Assembly: GCA_963735595.1 (NCBI GenBank) | Contig: CAVTLK010000005.1 | Location: 768,001 to 832,000 of the forward strand | From: an uncultured delta proteobacterium | GTDB lineage: Bacteria; Desulfobacterota; Zymogenia; Zymogenales; Zymogenaceae | Length of the DNA stretch: 64,000 bases | Direction: 5' to 3' | Shown: positions 1-10,292 of the stretch, piece by piece | How the letters are laid out: each line of letters starts with the position of its first letter | Position numbering within the stretch: position 1 is the stretch's first letter | The notes under the pieces: generated by a model | The model's input: only the letters and a program-made list of their open reading frames with translations | Databases searched by the model: none | What the model was told of the DNA's origin: nothing | Made by a program: the position numbers and the translations under genes

Positions 1-1
1 A

Positions 2-139
2 AAGGATAATATACGGGCATTCAGTCGTGGATTGAAAGCCTACGGCGTTTATCGGAGTATCCCGGCGTCCTGGTGGGACGATCCATTGCCCGGGACCTGG
101 GAAAGCGACGTGGTGCCTCCCCTGCCGGGACCGGTCTGA
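2..139 (+). CDS. 3' end of a gene entering the window; C-terminus resembles UroD/MtaA-family proteins
   Basis: Frame 2 reads KDNIRAFSRGLKAYGVYRS...PGPV* with TGA at 137-139. The 'ENxRAF...YGxY' pattern is typical of UroD-family C-termini. Partial gene only. Confidence 0.4.
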   Translation, partial: KDNIRAFSRGLKAYGVYRSIPASWWDDPLPGTWESDVVPPLPGPV

Positions 140-243
140 GGGACGGCGGACAGCGCGATTATCGAACGGCCTCACAAACGCCCCAAACCGGATCAGGTAG
201 TTACCCTATTGCGGCGGATTAGCGCCGTCACGGGGAGAATCGT

Positions 244-1764
244 ATGAAAAAGGCGCGTACCCAATCGGAGGCCCTCCTGCAGGCGGTGTTCGATTTTACC
301 GGCGTTGCACTGGGTATGGCCGACCGAAACGGCCGATGGCTCAAGACAAGCGCGGCCTTTTCCCGGCTGCTCGGCTATACCCAAGAGGATCTTTCGGCCC
401 TCACGGACCGTGATATTACCCACCCTGACGACCGTGAGCTTACCGAGAGATATATGGCCGAGATGGCCGAGGGCACACTCGATTCCTACCGTACCGAAAA
501 ACGCTACGTTCATAAGAATGGGGATACGGTGTGGGCCGACGTCTCCCTCACCGCCGTTCGCGACGATGACGGCAGCCTGAGCGTCGTAGTCGGCGCGCTG
601 GTAGATATTACGGAAAAGAAGCGGGTCCAGGAGCGGCTCCTGGCGTCCCAGAAGATGGAGGCCATCGGGATGTTGGCCGGCGGCATCGCCCATGACTTCA
701 ATAACATCCTCGCGACCATTCTCGGGTATGCCTCCTTTCTAAAGGGTAAGGCAGCCAAGGACGACCTCTTTTTTGGGGGATTGGAGGCTATCGAGGATTC
801 GGCGGAGCGCGCCGCCGGGCTTACCTCTCAGATACTGGACTATTCGCGCCACCCGAAGATGGAGATCGAGACCTTTTCCATTAACCGGGTTATCGCCGGT
901 ATCAACAAACTGATACAGAAGACGTTTGATAAATCGATCACGATCGTGGTGGAACTGGACGAGGGCATCAGCAGCGTAAATGCAGATATGGCACAGATAA
1001 AGCAAATGGCGTTGAGCCTCTGCATAAACGCCCGGGACTCTATGCCGAAGGGCGGGGTGCTGACCATCAGGACGTTCATGCTCGACGCTCCCGATGATGG
1101 GATCCGATTGGGGGACGCAGTACCGCCGGGCCGATACGCATGTATGACGGTCTCAGACACGGGTACAGGAACGGACATGGAGGCCCGAAGGGGGATACTG
1201 CAGACCTCCTTTTCCAGAGAACCGGGCACGGAGATCGGGGGATCTGCACTGTCCGTCGTGTATGGAGTTGTAAAGAGACACGGCGGCTGGATAAACGCGA
1301 CCAGCCGGGTCGGCACCGGTACGGAGTTCACCTTTTTACTTCCCGCGTCGCACGAGAAGGGGGCCGCACCGATTGTGGAATCGGTGGCCGGTTTAGGAGG
1401 GACCGAAATGATCCTTGTTATCGATGACGAAATCCAGATAGTCCAGATGATCCACCGGTTGTTAACGGATGCCGGTTATCAGGTCCTCGATGCGTATTCC
1501 GGCGCCGACGGGATTCGGATCTTTAAGGAGAAGGTAAATGAGATCGACCTGGTTTTGCTGGACATCATGATGCCCGGGATGGGGGGCGAAGATGTAATGA
1601 AACAACTCCTCCGGCTACGACCGGACACCAAGGTCCTGTTGGTTAGCGGATTCAGCGAGCAGGAGCGGCACCAGGCCCTTATGAACATGGGAGCTTTGGG
1701 ATTCGTCGCAAAACCTTTCAACATACACGAGCTTCTCAGGGAGATTCGGAACATCCTTGGATAA
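244..1764 (+). CDS. PAS-domain hybrid histidine kinase/response regulator (PAS-HisKA-HATPase-REC)
   Basis: PAS (HPDDRE, YVHKNG), H-box AGGIAHDFNN, G1 DTGTG, receiver VIDDE...DIMMP...KPF. F and G2 boxes are degenerate. Confidence 0.9.
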   Translation: MKKARTQSEALLQAVFDFTGVALGMADRNGRWLKTSAAFSRLLGYTQEDLSALTDRDITHPDDRELTERYMAEMAEGTLDSYRTEKRYVHKNGDTVWADVSLTAVRDDDGSLSVVVGALVDITEKKRVQERLLASQKMEAIGMLAGGIAHDFNNILATILGYASFLKGKAAKDDLFFGGLEAIEDSAERAAGLTSQILDYSRHPKMEIETFSINRVIAGINKLIQKTFDKSITIVVELDEGISSVNADMAQIKQMALSLCINARDSMPKGGVLTIRTFMLDAPDDGIRLGDAVPPGRYACMTVSDTGTGTDMEARRGILQTSFSREPGTEIGGSALSVVYGVVKRHGGWINATSRVGTGTEFTFLLPASHEKGAAPIVESVAGLGGTEMILVIDDEIQIVQMIHRLLTDAGYQVLDAYSGADGIRIFKEKVNEIDLVLLDIMMPGMGGEDVMKQLLRLRPDTKVLLVSGFSEQERHQALMNMGALGFVAKPFNIHELLREIRNILG

Positions 1765-1912
1765 GGGAATCATGGTTGCGGGAGGGTGGGCCGATCGAGG
1801 ACTGAACAGACATAACGGCGGGGGACGACCGATGCGCTCGTGCGCGTCGATGGGGCCGCTAAGGTATAGGGGGAAAGGCTGCGTATCGTTCGGTTCGGGC
1901 GGCATTTTTTTG

Positions 1913-1947
1913 TTGACATAACCGCTATACTTTGCTATATTGCCAAA
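1913..1947 (+). promoter_or_regulatory. Sigma70 promoter of the ars operon with overlapping candidate ArsR operator
   Basis: TTGACA 1913-1918, 17-nt spacer, TATATT 1936-1941. Imperfect palindrome TTTGCTATATTGCCAAA at 1931-1947. Confidence 0.7.
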
Positions 1948-1984
1948 TAGGAAAGCAATGCGGCACCCGGAGGAGACATCGTTA

Positions 1985-2335
1985 ATGGACCCCAAGACGC
2001 GGACATACTACGAGGCCAAGACGCGCATCTTCAAGGCGCTGGCTCACCCGACCAGGCTCTTTATCGTTGATGAACTGGGCCGTCGAGAGCGGTGTGTCCT
2101 CGAGTTAACCGAAATGATCGGCGCGGACATGTCCACCGTCAGCAAACACCTTTCCATCCTGAAGGGTGCCGGTATCATCGATGACGAAAAACGGGGGACG
2201 CAGGTTTTCTACACTTTGAAGACGCCGTGCGTGCTCAATTTCTTCTCGTGCGTTACGGACGTGCAACAATCCGTGATCGAGCAAGACAAGAGAGCACTTG
2301 GCGTGGCTAAGGGGGGAGGCCGTCACTCCCGGTGA
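1985..2335 (+). CDS. arsR: ArsR/SmtB family metalloregulator
   Basis: FKALAHPTRLFI, CVLEL, STVSKHLSILK HTH, C-terminal CxxxxxxC. GGAG RBS precedes ATG 1985. Heads an operon containing acr3. Confidence 0.88.
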   Translation: MDPKTRTYYEAKTRIFKALAHPTRLFIVDELGRRERCVLELTEMIGADMSTVSKHLSILKGAGIIDDEKRGTQVFYTLKTPCVLNFFSCVTDVQQSVIEQDKRALGVAKGGGRHSR

Positions 2336-2420
2336 TGAGAGGGTGTCTAAAAAAGTTTCGTGTTTGTTCGAGGCTGTTTTTCATTGTGGGAAAGCTTTTT
2401 TTTCTCAGCAATGGTGGCCG

Positions 2421-2438
2421 CTTGGGAAACTAGCCAAG
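2421..2438. promoter_or_regulatory. Second candidate ArsR operator
   Basis: CTTGGGAAACTAGCCAAG resembles the reverse complement of the promoter palindrome (TTTGGCAATATAGCAAA). Confidence 0.45.
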
Positions 2439-2454
2439 TTTAAAGGGACTTCAA

Positions 2455-3756
2455 ATGAACTGGAAACAAGAATATAAGATCCTGCTCGGCATGATAGCCG
2501 TCTTTATCGGCTTTTACTTCCTGCCGATTGGTGCACCAAGGTTTGACAACGCGGTCTTCGAGGCGCTCGCGCTGGCCAAGTGGTACACGCGGGAGCACGT
2601 ACTGCTCTGCCTTATCCCGGCGTTTTTCATCGCCGGGGCCATCGCAGTGTTCGTGAGCCAAGATTCGGTCATGAAATACCTCGGCGCGGGCGCCAACAAG
2701 GTCCTGGCCTACGGGGTGGCCTCGGTCTCCGGCTCGGTATTGGCGGTCTGTTCCTGCACGGTGATGCCGCTCTTTGCCGGGATCTACCGGATGGGGGCGG
2801 GGCTGGGACCGGCCTCGGCCTTCCTCTACTCGGGGCCGGCCATCAACGTGCTGGCGATCATCCTCACGGCGCGCATCCTGGGTCTTGAGCTCGGCGTCGC
2901 CCGGGCGGTCGGCGCGATCGTATTTTCAATCGTCATCGGACTTTTCATGCACCTCTTTTTCAGGAAGGAAGAGGTCAGTCGCACCGCTGCCTTTACGGCT
3001 ATGCCTGCCTCCGAACCGAAGAGGACACTGTGGCAAAACGGCCTCTTCTTCTTCGTGCTGGTGGCAATCCTCATCTTCGCTACCTGGGCCAGCCCCGAGG
3101 GGGCGACGGGACTCTTCGCCCTTATCGCCTCGGTGAAGTGGATACTCGTTGGTCTATTCGCGGCGGGCCTGGGGGCTATCCTGGTTCTCTGGTTCGAGGT
3201 GAAATGGTATTGGATCGCCGCGGCCGCTGCGGCCGTCGCGGTGGCGGCATTAGCTGCACCGGGCTATCCGCTGATCCCGTTTATCGTCGGCGTTGCGGGT
3301 CTGTCTCTCATAACCGCTCTAAATAAAAAGGAAGCCAATACGTGGTTCTCCTCGACGTGGGACTTTGCCAAGCTGATACTGCCGCTGCTCCTATTGGGTG
3401 TGTTGGTCGCGGGATTCCTGCTCGGCCGCCCCGGACATGAAGGGATCATCCCCTCGGCATGGGTCGCGTGGGCCGTAGGGGGTAACTCGCTGTGGGCAAA
3501 CCTCTTTGCCTCGGTGGCGGGGGCCTTCATGTATTTTGCCACGCTCACGGAGGTGCCTATCCTCCAGGGGCTTATCGGGGCGGGAATGGGAAAGGGCCCC
3601 GCGCTGGCGCTGCTGCTGGCGGGCCCGGCGCTCTCGCTGCCCTCGATGCTGGTCATCAGGAGCGTCCTGGGGACGAAAAAAACCGTCGTATACGTGACGC
3701 TGGTGGTCGTCCTTTCGACGGTCGCGGGGATGCTATACGGTTGGATATTCGGGTAG
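2455..3756 (+). CDS. ArsP/DUF318 family permease
   Basis: LAVCSCTVMPLF, FLYSGPAIN, YFATLTEVPI and LLAGPALSLP motifs; multiple TM segments. Confidence 0.88.
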   Translation: MNWKQEYKILLGMIAVFIGFYFLPIGAPRFDNAVFEALALAKWYTREHVLLCLIPAFFIAGAIAVFVSQDSVMKYLGAGANKVLAYGVASVSGSVLAVCSCTVMPLFAGIYRMGAGLGPASAFLYSGPAINVLAIILTARILGLELGVARAVGAIVFSIVIGLFMHLFFRKEEVSRTAAFTAMPASEPKRTLWQNGLFFFVLVAILIFATWASPEGATGLFALIASVKWILVGLFAAGLGAILVLWFEVKWYWIAAAAAAVAVAALAAPGYPLIPFIVGVAGLSLITALNKKEANTWFSSTWDFAKLILPLLLLGVLVAGFLLGRPGHEGIIPSAWVAWAVGGNSLWANLFASVAGAFMYFATLTEVPILQGLIGAGMGKGPALALLLAGPALSLPSMLVIRSVLGTKKTVVYVTLVVVLSTVAGMLYGWIFG

Positions 3757-3818
3757 TTTTTCAGAAACGTGACTACGATACGGTCAACATGGATCGTTCA
3801 GGATAAAAAGGAGAGGCA

Positions 3819-4052
3819 ATGAAAAAGATACAGATTCTCGGTATGGGATGCGCCAAATGCAACCGGCTGCAAGAAAACGCCGAGACGGCGGCGAAATCGC
3901 TCGGTATCGACTACGAGATCGAGAAGGTAAACGACATCGACAGGATCACGTCCTTCGGCGTTATGGTGACGCCGGCGCTGGCTGTCGATGGAGAGGTGAA
4001 GGCGGCCGGGAAGCTCCTGACGTCCGATGAGATAAAGGAATTGCTGAGATAA
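3819..4052 (+). CDS. MTH895/ArsE-family small thioredoxin-like protein
   Basis: KIQILGMGCAKC, GVMVTPALAVDG; 77 aa; GGAGAGG RBS. Confidence 0.88.
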   Translation: MKKIQILGMGCAKCNRLQENAETAAKSLGIDYEIEKVNDIDRITSFGVMVTPALAVDGEVKAAGKLLTSDEIKELLR

Positions 4053-4130
4053 TTACCGGGAGACGGTATACCCTGCCGAATCGGCGGGATTCGGATTTGG
4101 ATTCATGCAGTCTTTATTGAGGAGTAGCAC

Positions 4131-4508
4131 ATGAGCTCGAAAGAAGGTTGTCAATGCGGTGAGGGTACAAGACTGATCTTCCCCTGCTCGGGATCGGCCG
4201 ATGTCGGGGCAATCGCCGACCGGGCCGGCCGAAAGCTGACCAGTGACGGTGTGGGTAAGATGTCGTGCCTGGCAGGCATCGGCGGCGGGGTCTCGGGCAT
4301 GATCGAATCGGCCAAGGGAGCATCCGGAATCCTCGCCATAGACGGGTGCCCCATCGACTGCGCGAAAAAGACGCTTGAGAAAGCCGGCATCAGCGGATTC
4401 CTCCACCTCAGGGTAACCGACCATGGATTAAAAAAGGGGGAGTCTCCGGTCACCGACGAGAATATTAAGGGTATCGCGGATAGGGGCGCGGCGCTGCTGG
4501 CGCCGTAG
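4131..4508 (+). CDS. DGC-domain putative zinc-binding protein
   Basis: CSGSADVG, CLAGIG and IDGCPIDCAKK motifs. Confidence 0.85.
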   Translation: MSSKEGCQCGEGTRLIFPCSGSADVGAIADRAGRKLTSDGVGKMSCLAGIGGGVSGMIESAKGASGILAIDGCPIDCAKKTLEKAGISGFLHLRVTDHGLKKGESPVTDENIKGIADRGAALLAP

Positions 4509-4528
4509 AGCAGGCAAGGAGATGATGA

Positions 4529-4984
4529 ATGAAAGTGGAATCCAGAAATAAAATAAACAGCCCCCACATTTTTCCAGTGACCAGAACTGTTCTATTCGTA
4601 TTGATCGTATTCATAGTGACAGGCTTATTGTCTGTCTCTGTAATACGGCACGGCGTGGTCTTAGACAATGGCATGCCAGGCGGTAACACCGCCCTCGCTG
4701 CAGACTCGTTTCCCGTCCTGATTGACCTGGGGGCCGACCGGTGCGTGCCCTGCAAGATGATGGCGCCGATTCTTGAGGAGCTCAAGAAGGAATACAAGGG
4801 AAAACTTGACGTCGTCTTTTACGATGTCTGGAAAGACCCCGCCCCCGCCGAGAAATACGGGATACGCGGGATACCGACGCAGATCTTCCTCGACGAAAAC
4901 GGAAAGGAGCTCTATCGTCACGCGGGCTATTTTTCGAAAGAACAAATCCTCAATAAATGGAAAGAACTCGGGTATGATTTCTAG
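4529..4984 (+). CDS. Membrane-anchored thioredoxin family protein
   Basis: N-terminal TM, DLGADRCVPCKMM, IPTQIF cis-Pro. Confidence 0.85.
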   Translation: MKVESRNKINSPHIFPVTRTVLFVLIVFIVTGLLSVSVIRHGVVLDNGMPGGNTALAADSFPVLIDLGADRCVPCKMMAPILEELKKEYKGKLDVVFYDVWKDPAPAEKYGIRGIPTQIFLDENGKELYRHAGYFSKEQILNKWKELGYDF

Positions 4985-5038
4985 CATGAGCACTACACAC
5001 CCGCGCAGACCGGAGGGACCGCGCGATGAGGAGTCCCA

Positions 5039-5599
5039 TTGATGAAACCGAAGACAATAGTCACCATCATTCTGCTGCTGTTCGTCGCGGCCAGCGTTGT
5101 CTATCTCGTTCTCGGCGAGATCGGCGGCAAACGGGACGCTGAGCTCACACCGGCGGCCGGAACGCCCGACGAGCCTGCGGCAGGCGCTCCCGACTCGTCC
5201 GCACCTCCGGCAAAGACGCCGACGGCCGCGCTTCCCGCGGAAAAAGCCTCGCCGGATACGTATGTCAATGTCTACTACTTTCACGGAAACTACCGCTGCG
5301 TCACCTGCCGGACGATCGAGATGTACACCCGGGAGGCCATAAACGAGGGATTCCTCGCCGAGTTGGGCAACGGGAGCCTCCATATCCGTATCCTCAACAT
5401 GCAGGACCCGGAAAACGAGGCATACGTGAATGACTTTGGATTGGAGTACTACATCGTGGTACTCGAAAAAGTAGTTGACGGCAAACGGGCTGAATGGAAG
5501 AAGCTGGAGGGGGTATGGGACCTTCTCAATGACAAGGACGAGTTCAAGAAATACGTCGTGAGCGAAACACGGAACTACCTGAAGGGAATCGACCGATGA
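5039..5599 (+). CDS. ArsF-family extracytoplasmic thioredoxin-like protein
   Basis: Signal anchor and YYFHGNYRCVTCRTIE motif. Adjacent to arsE-like and arsG-like genes. Confidence 0.8.
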   Translation: MMKPKTIVTIILLLFVAASVVYLVLGEIGGKRDAELTPAAGTPDEPAAGAPDSSAPPAKTPTAALPAEKASPDTYVNVYYFHGNYRCVTCRTIEMYTREAINEGFLAELGNGSLHIRILNMQDPENEAYVNDFGLEYYIVVLEKVVDGKRAEWKKLEGVWDLLNDKDEFKKYVVSETRNYLKGIDR

Positions 5600-6289
5600 C
5601 AGACCTTATCGTTGCCGTTGCCTCCGCGTTCTGGCTGGGGGTCCTCACCACCGTCAGCCCCTGCCCCCTGGCGACCAACATCGCCGCCGTATCCTACGTC
5701 GGAAGAAACGTCACAAGCTCCTGGAGAGTCTTTCTTTCCGGCCTTCTCTACACGCTGGGGAGAACCGCGGTCTATGTTATCATCGGCGTGATCCTGGTCA
5801 AGAGCCTGCTTGGCGGCCGTGAATCTATCCTTTTTTCTCCAAAATAACGTCAACAAGATTCTCGGACCCATCCTCATCGTCGTGGGGATGATCCTGGTCG
5901 GGTTGATCAATTTTAACGTCTCCGGCTTCGGCCAGAGCAAACGCCTTGAGCGATGGGTTGACGCACTGGGCTTGGGAGGGGCGTTCCTCCTGGGCGCAGT
6001 ATTCGCCCTCTCGTTCTGCCCGGTATCGGCGGCGCTCTTTTTCGGAAGCCTCATCCCGATTGCCCTCGCGTCGGGGTCCGGCCTTATAGTCCCATCCGCG
6101 TACGGGGTGGCGACCGGTCTCCCAGTGCTGGTCTTTGCGGTGCTGCTGGCCGCGGGCGTTAAGCAGATGAGCTCGATCTTCAATAGGGTCGCCCGGTACG
6201 AGCTCTGGATAAGGCGGCTGACCGGCGTGATCTTCATCCTCGTGGGGATCTATTATTGCCTGATATACATATTCCGGATATACGGGTAA
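5596..6289 (+). CDS. ArsG/DsbD-like (CcdA fold) membrane protein, split by one frameshift near 5810
   Basis: SPCPLATNIAA in ORF 5596-5847 and ALSFCPVSAALFFG in ORF 5810-6289. The two halves join with removal of one base. Confidence 0.8.
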
Positions 6290-6338
6290 AATAGTATATG
6301 GATAATTGTGCGGTTAGTCCCGGTAATAGGAGAACGGC

Positions 6339-7397
6339 ATGAAAAAGACTCAGACAGAGGAAAAGCGGCTATCGTTTGTCGATCGCTACCTGACGCTCTG
6401 GATATTCATCGCCATGGGCCTGGGCATAGCAATCGGCACCTTCTGGCCCCTGGTGACCGATTTCATCTCCGGGCTCCAGGTGGGAACGACATCCATACCC
6501 ATCGCGGTGGGTCTCATCCTGATGATGTACCCGCCGCTTGCCAAGGTTAAGTACGAGGAAATGGGCAGAATCTTTCAGCACAAGAAGCTCCTTGCCCTCT
6601 CGCTGGTGCAGAACTGGATCGTCGGGCCGCTGTTCATGTTCGGGCTGGCGATCCTGTTTCTTCACAACTATCCCCATTACATGATCGGCGTTATCCTGGT
6701 CGGGCTTGCCCGCTGCATCGCCATGGTTATCGTCTGGAACGAGCTGGCCGGGGGCGACCGGGAGCTGGCGGTGGGGCTGGTGGCGTTCAACGCCGTCTTC
6801 CAGGTGCTCTTTTATGCCGTCTTTATTTTCCTTTTCATCACGGTCGGGCTCAACCGGCTGGGGCTGGTGGAGGGGATCGATGCGCGCATCTCGTTTTGGG
6901 ACGCGGCCAAGACCGTCTTCGTCTACCTCGGGATACCGTTCGTCGCGGGCATCGTTACGAGGTTCTCACTCCTGAAGCTAAAGGGAAAGCGGTGGTACGA
7001 GGATATCTTCGCCCCGCGGATCGGCCCGATCACCCTTGTCGCCCTGCTGTTTACGATCGTCGTAATGTTTTCCCTCAAGGGCGCCTACATTATCCAGCGG
7101 CCCCTGGACGTTTTGATTATCGCCGTGCCGCTGGTCATTTATTTCCTGGTCATGTGGTTTGCGACGTTCTTTATAGCCAGGAAGATAGGCGCCAACTATG
7201 GACAGACAACGGCGGTCTCGTTCACGGCCGCCAGCAACGATTTCGAGCTGGCCATCGCGGTGGCGGTGGCGATCTTCGGGATATCGTCAAACGAGGCATT
7301 CGCGACGGTCATCGGGCCGCTCTTGGAGGTCCCGATCCTGATTGCACTGGTTAACGTGGCCTTCAAGCTCAGGAAACGTCTGTTCGCGGGGGCGTGA
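6339..7397 (+). CDS. acr3: ACR3 family arsenite efflux transporter
   Basis: [54 protein letters not shown]. Confidence 0.95.
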   Translation: MKKTQTEEKRLSFVDRYLTLWIFIAMGLGIAIGTFWPLVTDFISGLQVGTTSIPIAVGLILMMYPPLAKVKYEEMGRIFQHKKLLALSLVQNWIVGPLFMFGLAILFLHNYPHYMIGVILVGLARCIAMVIVWNELAGGDRELAVGLVAFNAVFQVLFYAVFIFLFITVGLNRLGLVEGIDARISFWDAAKTVFVYLGIPFVAGIVTRFSLLKLKGKRWYEDIFAPRIGPITLVALLFTIVVMFSLKGAYIIQRPLDVLIIAVPLVIYFLVMWFATFFIARKIGANYGQTTAVSFTAASNDFELAIAVAVAIFGISSNEAFATVIGPLLEVPILIALVNVAFKLRKRLFAGA

Positions 7398-7453
7398 CCG
7401 GGACGGCGCGGTGCGGCCGTCCCCGGCCGGCGGGTTTCGGGTTATCGCCCGGA

Positions 7454-8209
7454 TTACGGGGTATTCGGGAGCTTCTCGACGCCGAGGATATTCCTATCCG
7501 TGTCGATGACAAAGCGGTAGGCAGTGCTCGCTACGGGGGTATACCGGACCTCCCAGCCCTCGTCATCACCGGCGCCGGTATATTCGAACGTTCCGGAAAG
7601 CTCGGTGTCGATGAGCTCGACGGTCCCGTCGCCATTTACATCCTCAAGGCGTATCTCGTGATCTCTGATCGGGTCCTTATCCCCGAATTGACTCCAGACC
7701 TCGTGAAACGCGTAGCCCGTCCCGTCGACATTATAGATGGTCGTGTCGCGTCCGCCCTTCAGGCTCACGAGGGTATGCCGGACGAGGAGAATCCCGCCGG
7801 TCAGCCAGCGGTTGAGGGTATAGAGGACCTCGGACGTACCGTCGCGGGCGATATCCACCGTCAGAAAGCTCACCTCATCGGACTGGTCGATCATGAGGGC
7901 CGGGGTCCATCGCGAGCCGTAGCCGAGGAGCCAGAGCTCCCCGGGGAGCGCTACGTGGGGCTGATTGTCGTCGATGAAGGCGACGATTGCCTCAGCGGCC
8001 CCCGGCCGGGTAAAAGAACCTTCGGCAATCGTCACCGAATCGGGATTGACCGCGAAGAAATCCCCCTCACCCTCGGTGCTCTTGACCGAGAGTAATATCT
8101 CGCGGATGGTATCGGCCGACAGTCCCTGCGGCGCGGCGAGACAATAGAGCGAAATAGATAGAACCGCAAGGCCGGCCAGGGCCGCGATCGCCGGGGACTT
8201 CTTCATCAT
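7454..8209 (-). CDS. Secreted hypothetical protein with Dx(N/D)xDG calcium-binding-like motifs
   Basis: GGAGG RBS, signal peptide MKKSPAIAALAGLAVL, DIARDGTSE and DVNGDGTVE. Confidence 0.6.
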   Translation of the reverse strand: MMKKSPAIAALAGLAVLSISLYCLAAPQGLSADTIREILLSVKSTEGEGDFFAVNPDSVTIAEGSFTRPGAAEAIVAFIDDNQPHVALPGELWLLGYGSRWTPALMIDQSDEVSFLTVDIARDGTSEVLYTLNRWLTGGILLVRHTLVSLKGGRDTTIYNVDGTGYAFHEVWSQFGDKDPIRDHEIRLEDVNGDGTVELIDTELSGTFEYTGAGDDEGWEVRYTPVASTAYRFVIDTDRNILGVEKLPNTP

Positions 8210-8432
8210 CCTTCCTCCAGGAAACAAAGCTGTATTATTGATCTCGTCGGTCCGGGTCTGTACGGGCCGGTACGGTAGGGGGCATACGAGCACGGCCGCT
8301 TTCCGGCAGACCATATCCCTACATAGTATCATACCGCAGACGGTGCCGACCGTCAAAGCCTTTCCGGCCCGCCATTGAGCCAGCGGCGTCCCGACGCCCG
8401 ACGGCGCATACTGCCCACGGTATCCGCGGCGG

Positions 8433-9446
8433 CTACAGCAGGCGCTTCTGACCCTCGATCTTCTTGATCGGGGCGATATCCTGGGTTACCTCGAGGCACC
8501 CGAGATAGGCGCCCGCTGTGTCGCGGACGGGCAGATAGCGGATATATATGAGCTTTTCTCCCATGGGGATCCAAAACTCCGCCATGGGAAGCGTGCCGTC
8601 CCTGAAGCCGTCAAGTATCGCCTGAACCTTGTCCATGCTCTTTTGGGGGTGGCAGTTCTGAACCGTGCGGCCGATGACCGCCTTGGCGCGGGGGAAAATA
8701 CGGTCAGCGGCCTGGTTGAAATAGCGGACCGTGTTGTCCTTATCCACGAAGGTGATATCGACCGGCAGCGTATCGAGCAGCGCCGAAAGCTGTGCAACCG
8801 ACAATGCCCCCGTCGGGAAGGTGACAGCGCCGCCGGTTAACTCGGCGCCGGCGGGGGGTTGGGAAGTGCCCGCCGCAGGAGATACCGGCGTGAAGCAGCA
8901 GTATCCGAGCTCATCGAATTGCCGCCGTATCTCCGGCCATTCCTGTTCCGGTACGGCCCGAAGCGCGGCGGGAAACAGGATCGTGTTTTCCTTGTTGAAA
9001 TGGGAGGAAAGCAGGTCGGCAAGCGCCGAGGCCGTCTCGTAGAGCCGGTTGGCGAACTGCTCGAAAGGGGTTTCGTCCGGCTTTTCGATAAGAGGGGCAA
9101 GGCCCTTTTTCAGCTTACGGATTTCGTCGTGTTCGGCCCACATTACCTGAGTCGGCCCGGTTATCCCGTGCTTTTCCACGACCGGGAACAGGACGTTCTC
9201 TTCCCTCACGTAGTGGTTCTCGGATTCGATGAGATGATCGACCAGGTGGCGGATTTCCTCCGTATGGGGGGAGGCAAGCCGCTGGTCCCGGGAGCCCATA
9301 AGTGCGCCGGCTATCGTGACGAGACGCTCGGAAAAGTCGAGCATCAATTCGTGCTCTTTCATAAGGATGTGGATAGGGTGCCCCTCCGGCACGGGTATTG
9401 CCAGCTTCTTTTTTCCGACCTGATTATCGCTATGAACGTCGGTCAT
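8433..9446 (-). CDS. DUF438/hemerythrin/PAS_10 domain protein
   Basis: GHPIHILMKEH, HYVREENVLFP, VMWAEHD, HFNKENTILFP, then PVDITFVD...NCHP. AAGGAGG RBS. Confidence 0.88.
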   Translation of the reverse strand: MTDVHSDNQVGKKKLAIPVPEGHPIHILMKEHELMLDFSERLVTIAGALMGSRDQRLASPHTEEIRHLVDHLIESENHYVREENVLFPVVEKHGITGPTQVMWAEHDEIRKLKKGLAPLIEKPDETPFEQFANRLYETASALADLLSSHFNKENTILFPAALRAVPEQEWPEIRRQFDELGYCCFTPVSPAAGTSQPPAGAELTGGAVTFPTGALSVAQLSALLDTLPVDITFVDKDNTVRYFNQAADRIFPRAKAVIGRTVQNCHPQKSMDKVQAILDGFRDGTLPMAEFWIPMGEKLIYIRYLPVRDTAGAYLGCLEVTQDIAPIKKIEGQKRLL

Positions 9447-9507
9447 GGTATCCTCCTTTGTTATCGCGGGCGCCGTATCCGGATACCGCATACGCCGCCC
9501 GTATCGG

Positions 9508-10239
9508 TTATCCCCCAATAAAGATCCGGCCCGCCCTGATTTTGCCCGCTACGGTTCTAAAGACCTTTTCGATGATTATTTTCCATTGTTCCGGAGAACG
9601 GGGCGGTCCCTCGTCCTGGAGGTTGACCAGGGCGTCGGCATCCCAGATGATGCGAAACTCTATCGTATCGATATCCCCGGCGCGATGGTGGCTGCCGATG
9701 ATGCGCGTGACATGCTCCATTGTTGCCTCGTCAATCGCAAGGCCCTCCATGATGCAGCGGGCGATCGGCGGGCCCAGCTCTTCCTGATACCGCGGCGCCG
9801 GTGATCCGTATATGCGCTCGGCCTCCTGTATCCCGATGTCGTGGAGAAGGGCGGCTGCGGTAACGACCAGCGGGTCTCCTCCCTCGATCTTTCGCAGCTG
9901 CTCGGCGTAGGTAGAGAACCGAGAGGGCGTGATTTATCCGCCTGGTGTCGTCGCCGAACTGGTCGAACATCGCCGCCATGAGCTCTCCCGGAAGGTGACC
10001 GGCGCGGCCCCGTCGGCCGTTTCGGGCGGACGCCCGAGGCATTCGGCGGCATGTCCGCACCACCCGGCGCAGCCAAGCCCCACCTTCGGGTTCTCGACTC
10101 GCCGTCCGCATCCGCACTTCCGGGAGACGTCGTCCTTGAAAAACTCCACCATGGCCCCGCAGGAAGGGCAGGCCACGGTGAAGATGTCGCCGGTCTTCCA
10201 GTATCTCATATCCTGTCCGGGGCAGTTACCGCGCGTCAT
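9508..10239 (-). pseudogene. Zn-ribbon + HD-domain phosphohydrolase, several frameshifts (probably sequence errors)
   Basis: CPGQD..CPSCG..EFFKDD..C..C N-terminus. RINHAL, AALLHDIG (~9835) and HH...WDAD motifs fall in shifting frames. Confidence 0.75.
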
Positions 10240-10292
10240 ATCGTGGCTCCTTGTTATCGCAGTATCGGACCTGCCGTCACTGCGGGGCGGTT

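Noticed and set aside
2455..6289. Selenocysteine recoding in the thiol-rich ars genes
   Set aside because: All redox motifs use Cys codons. The arsG-like break is a frameshift, not an in-frame TGA.
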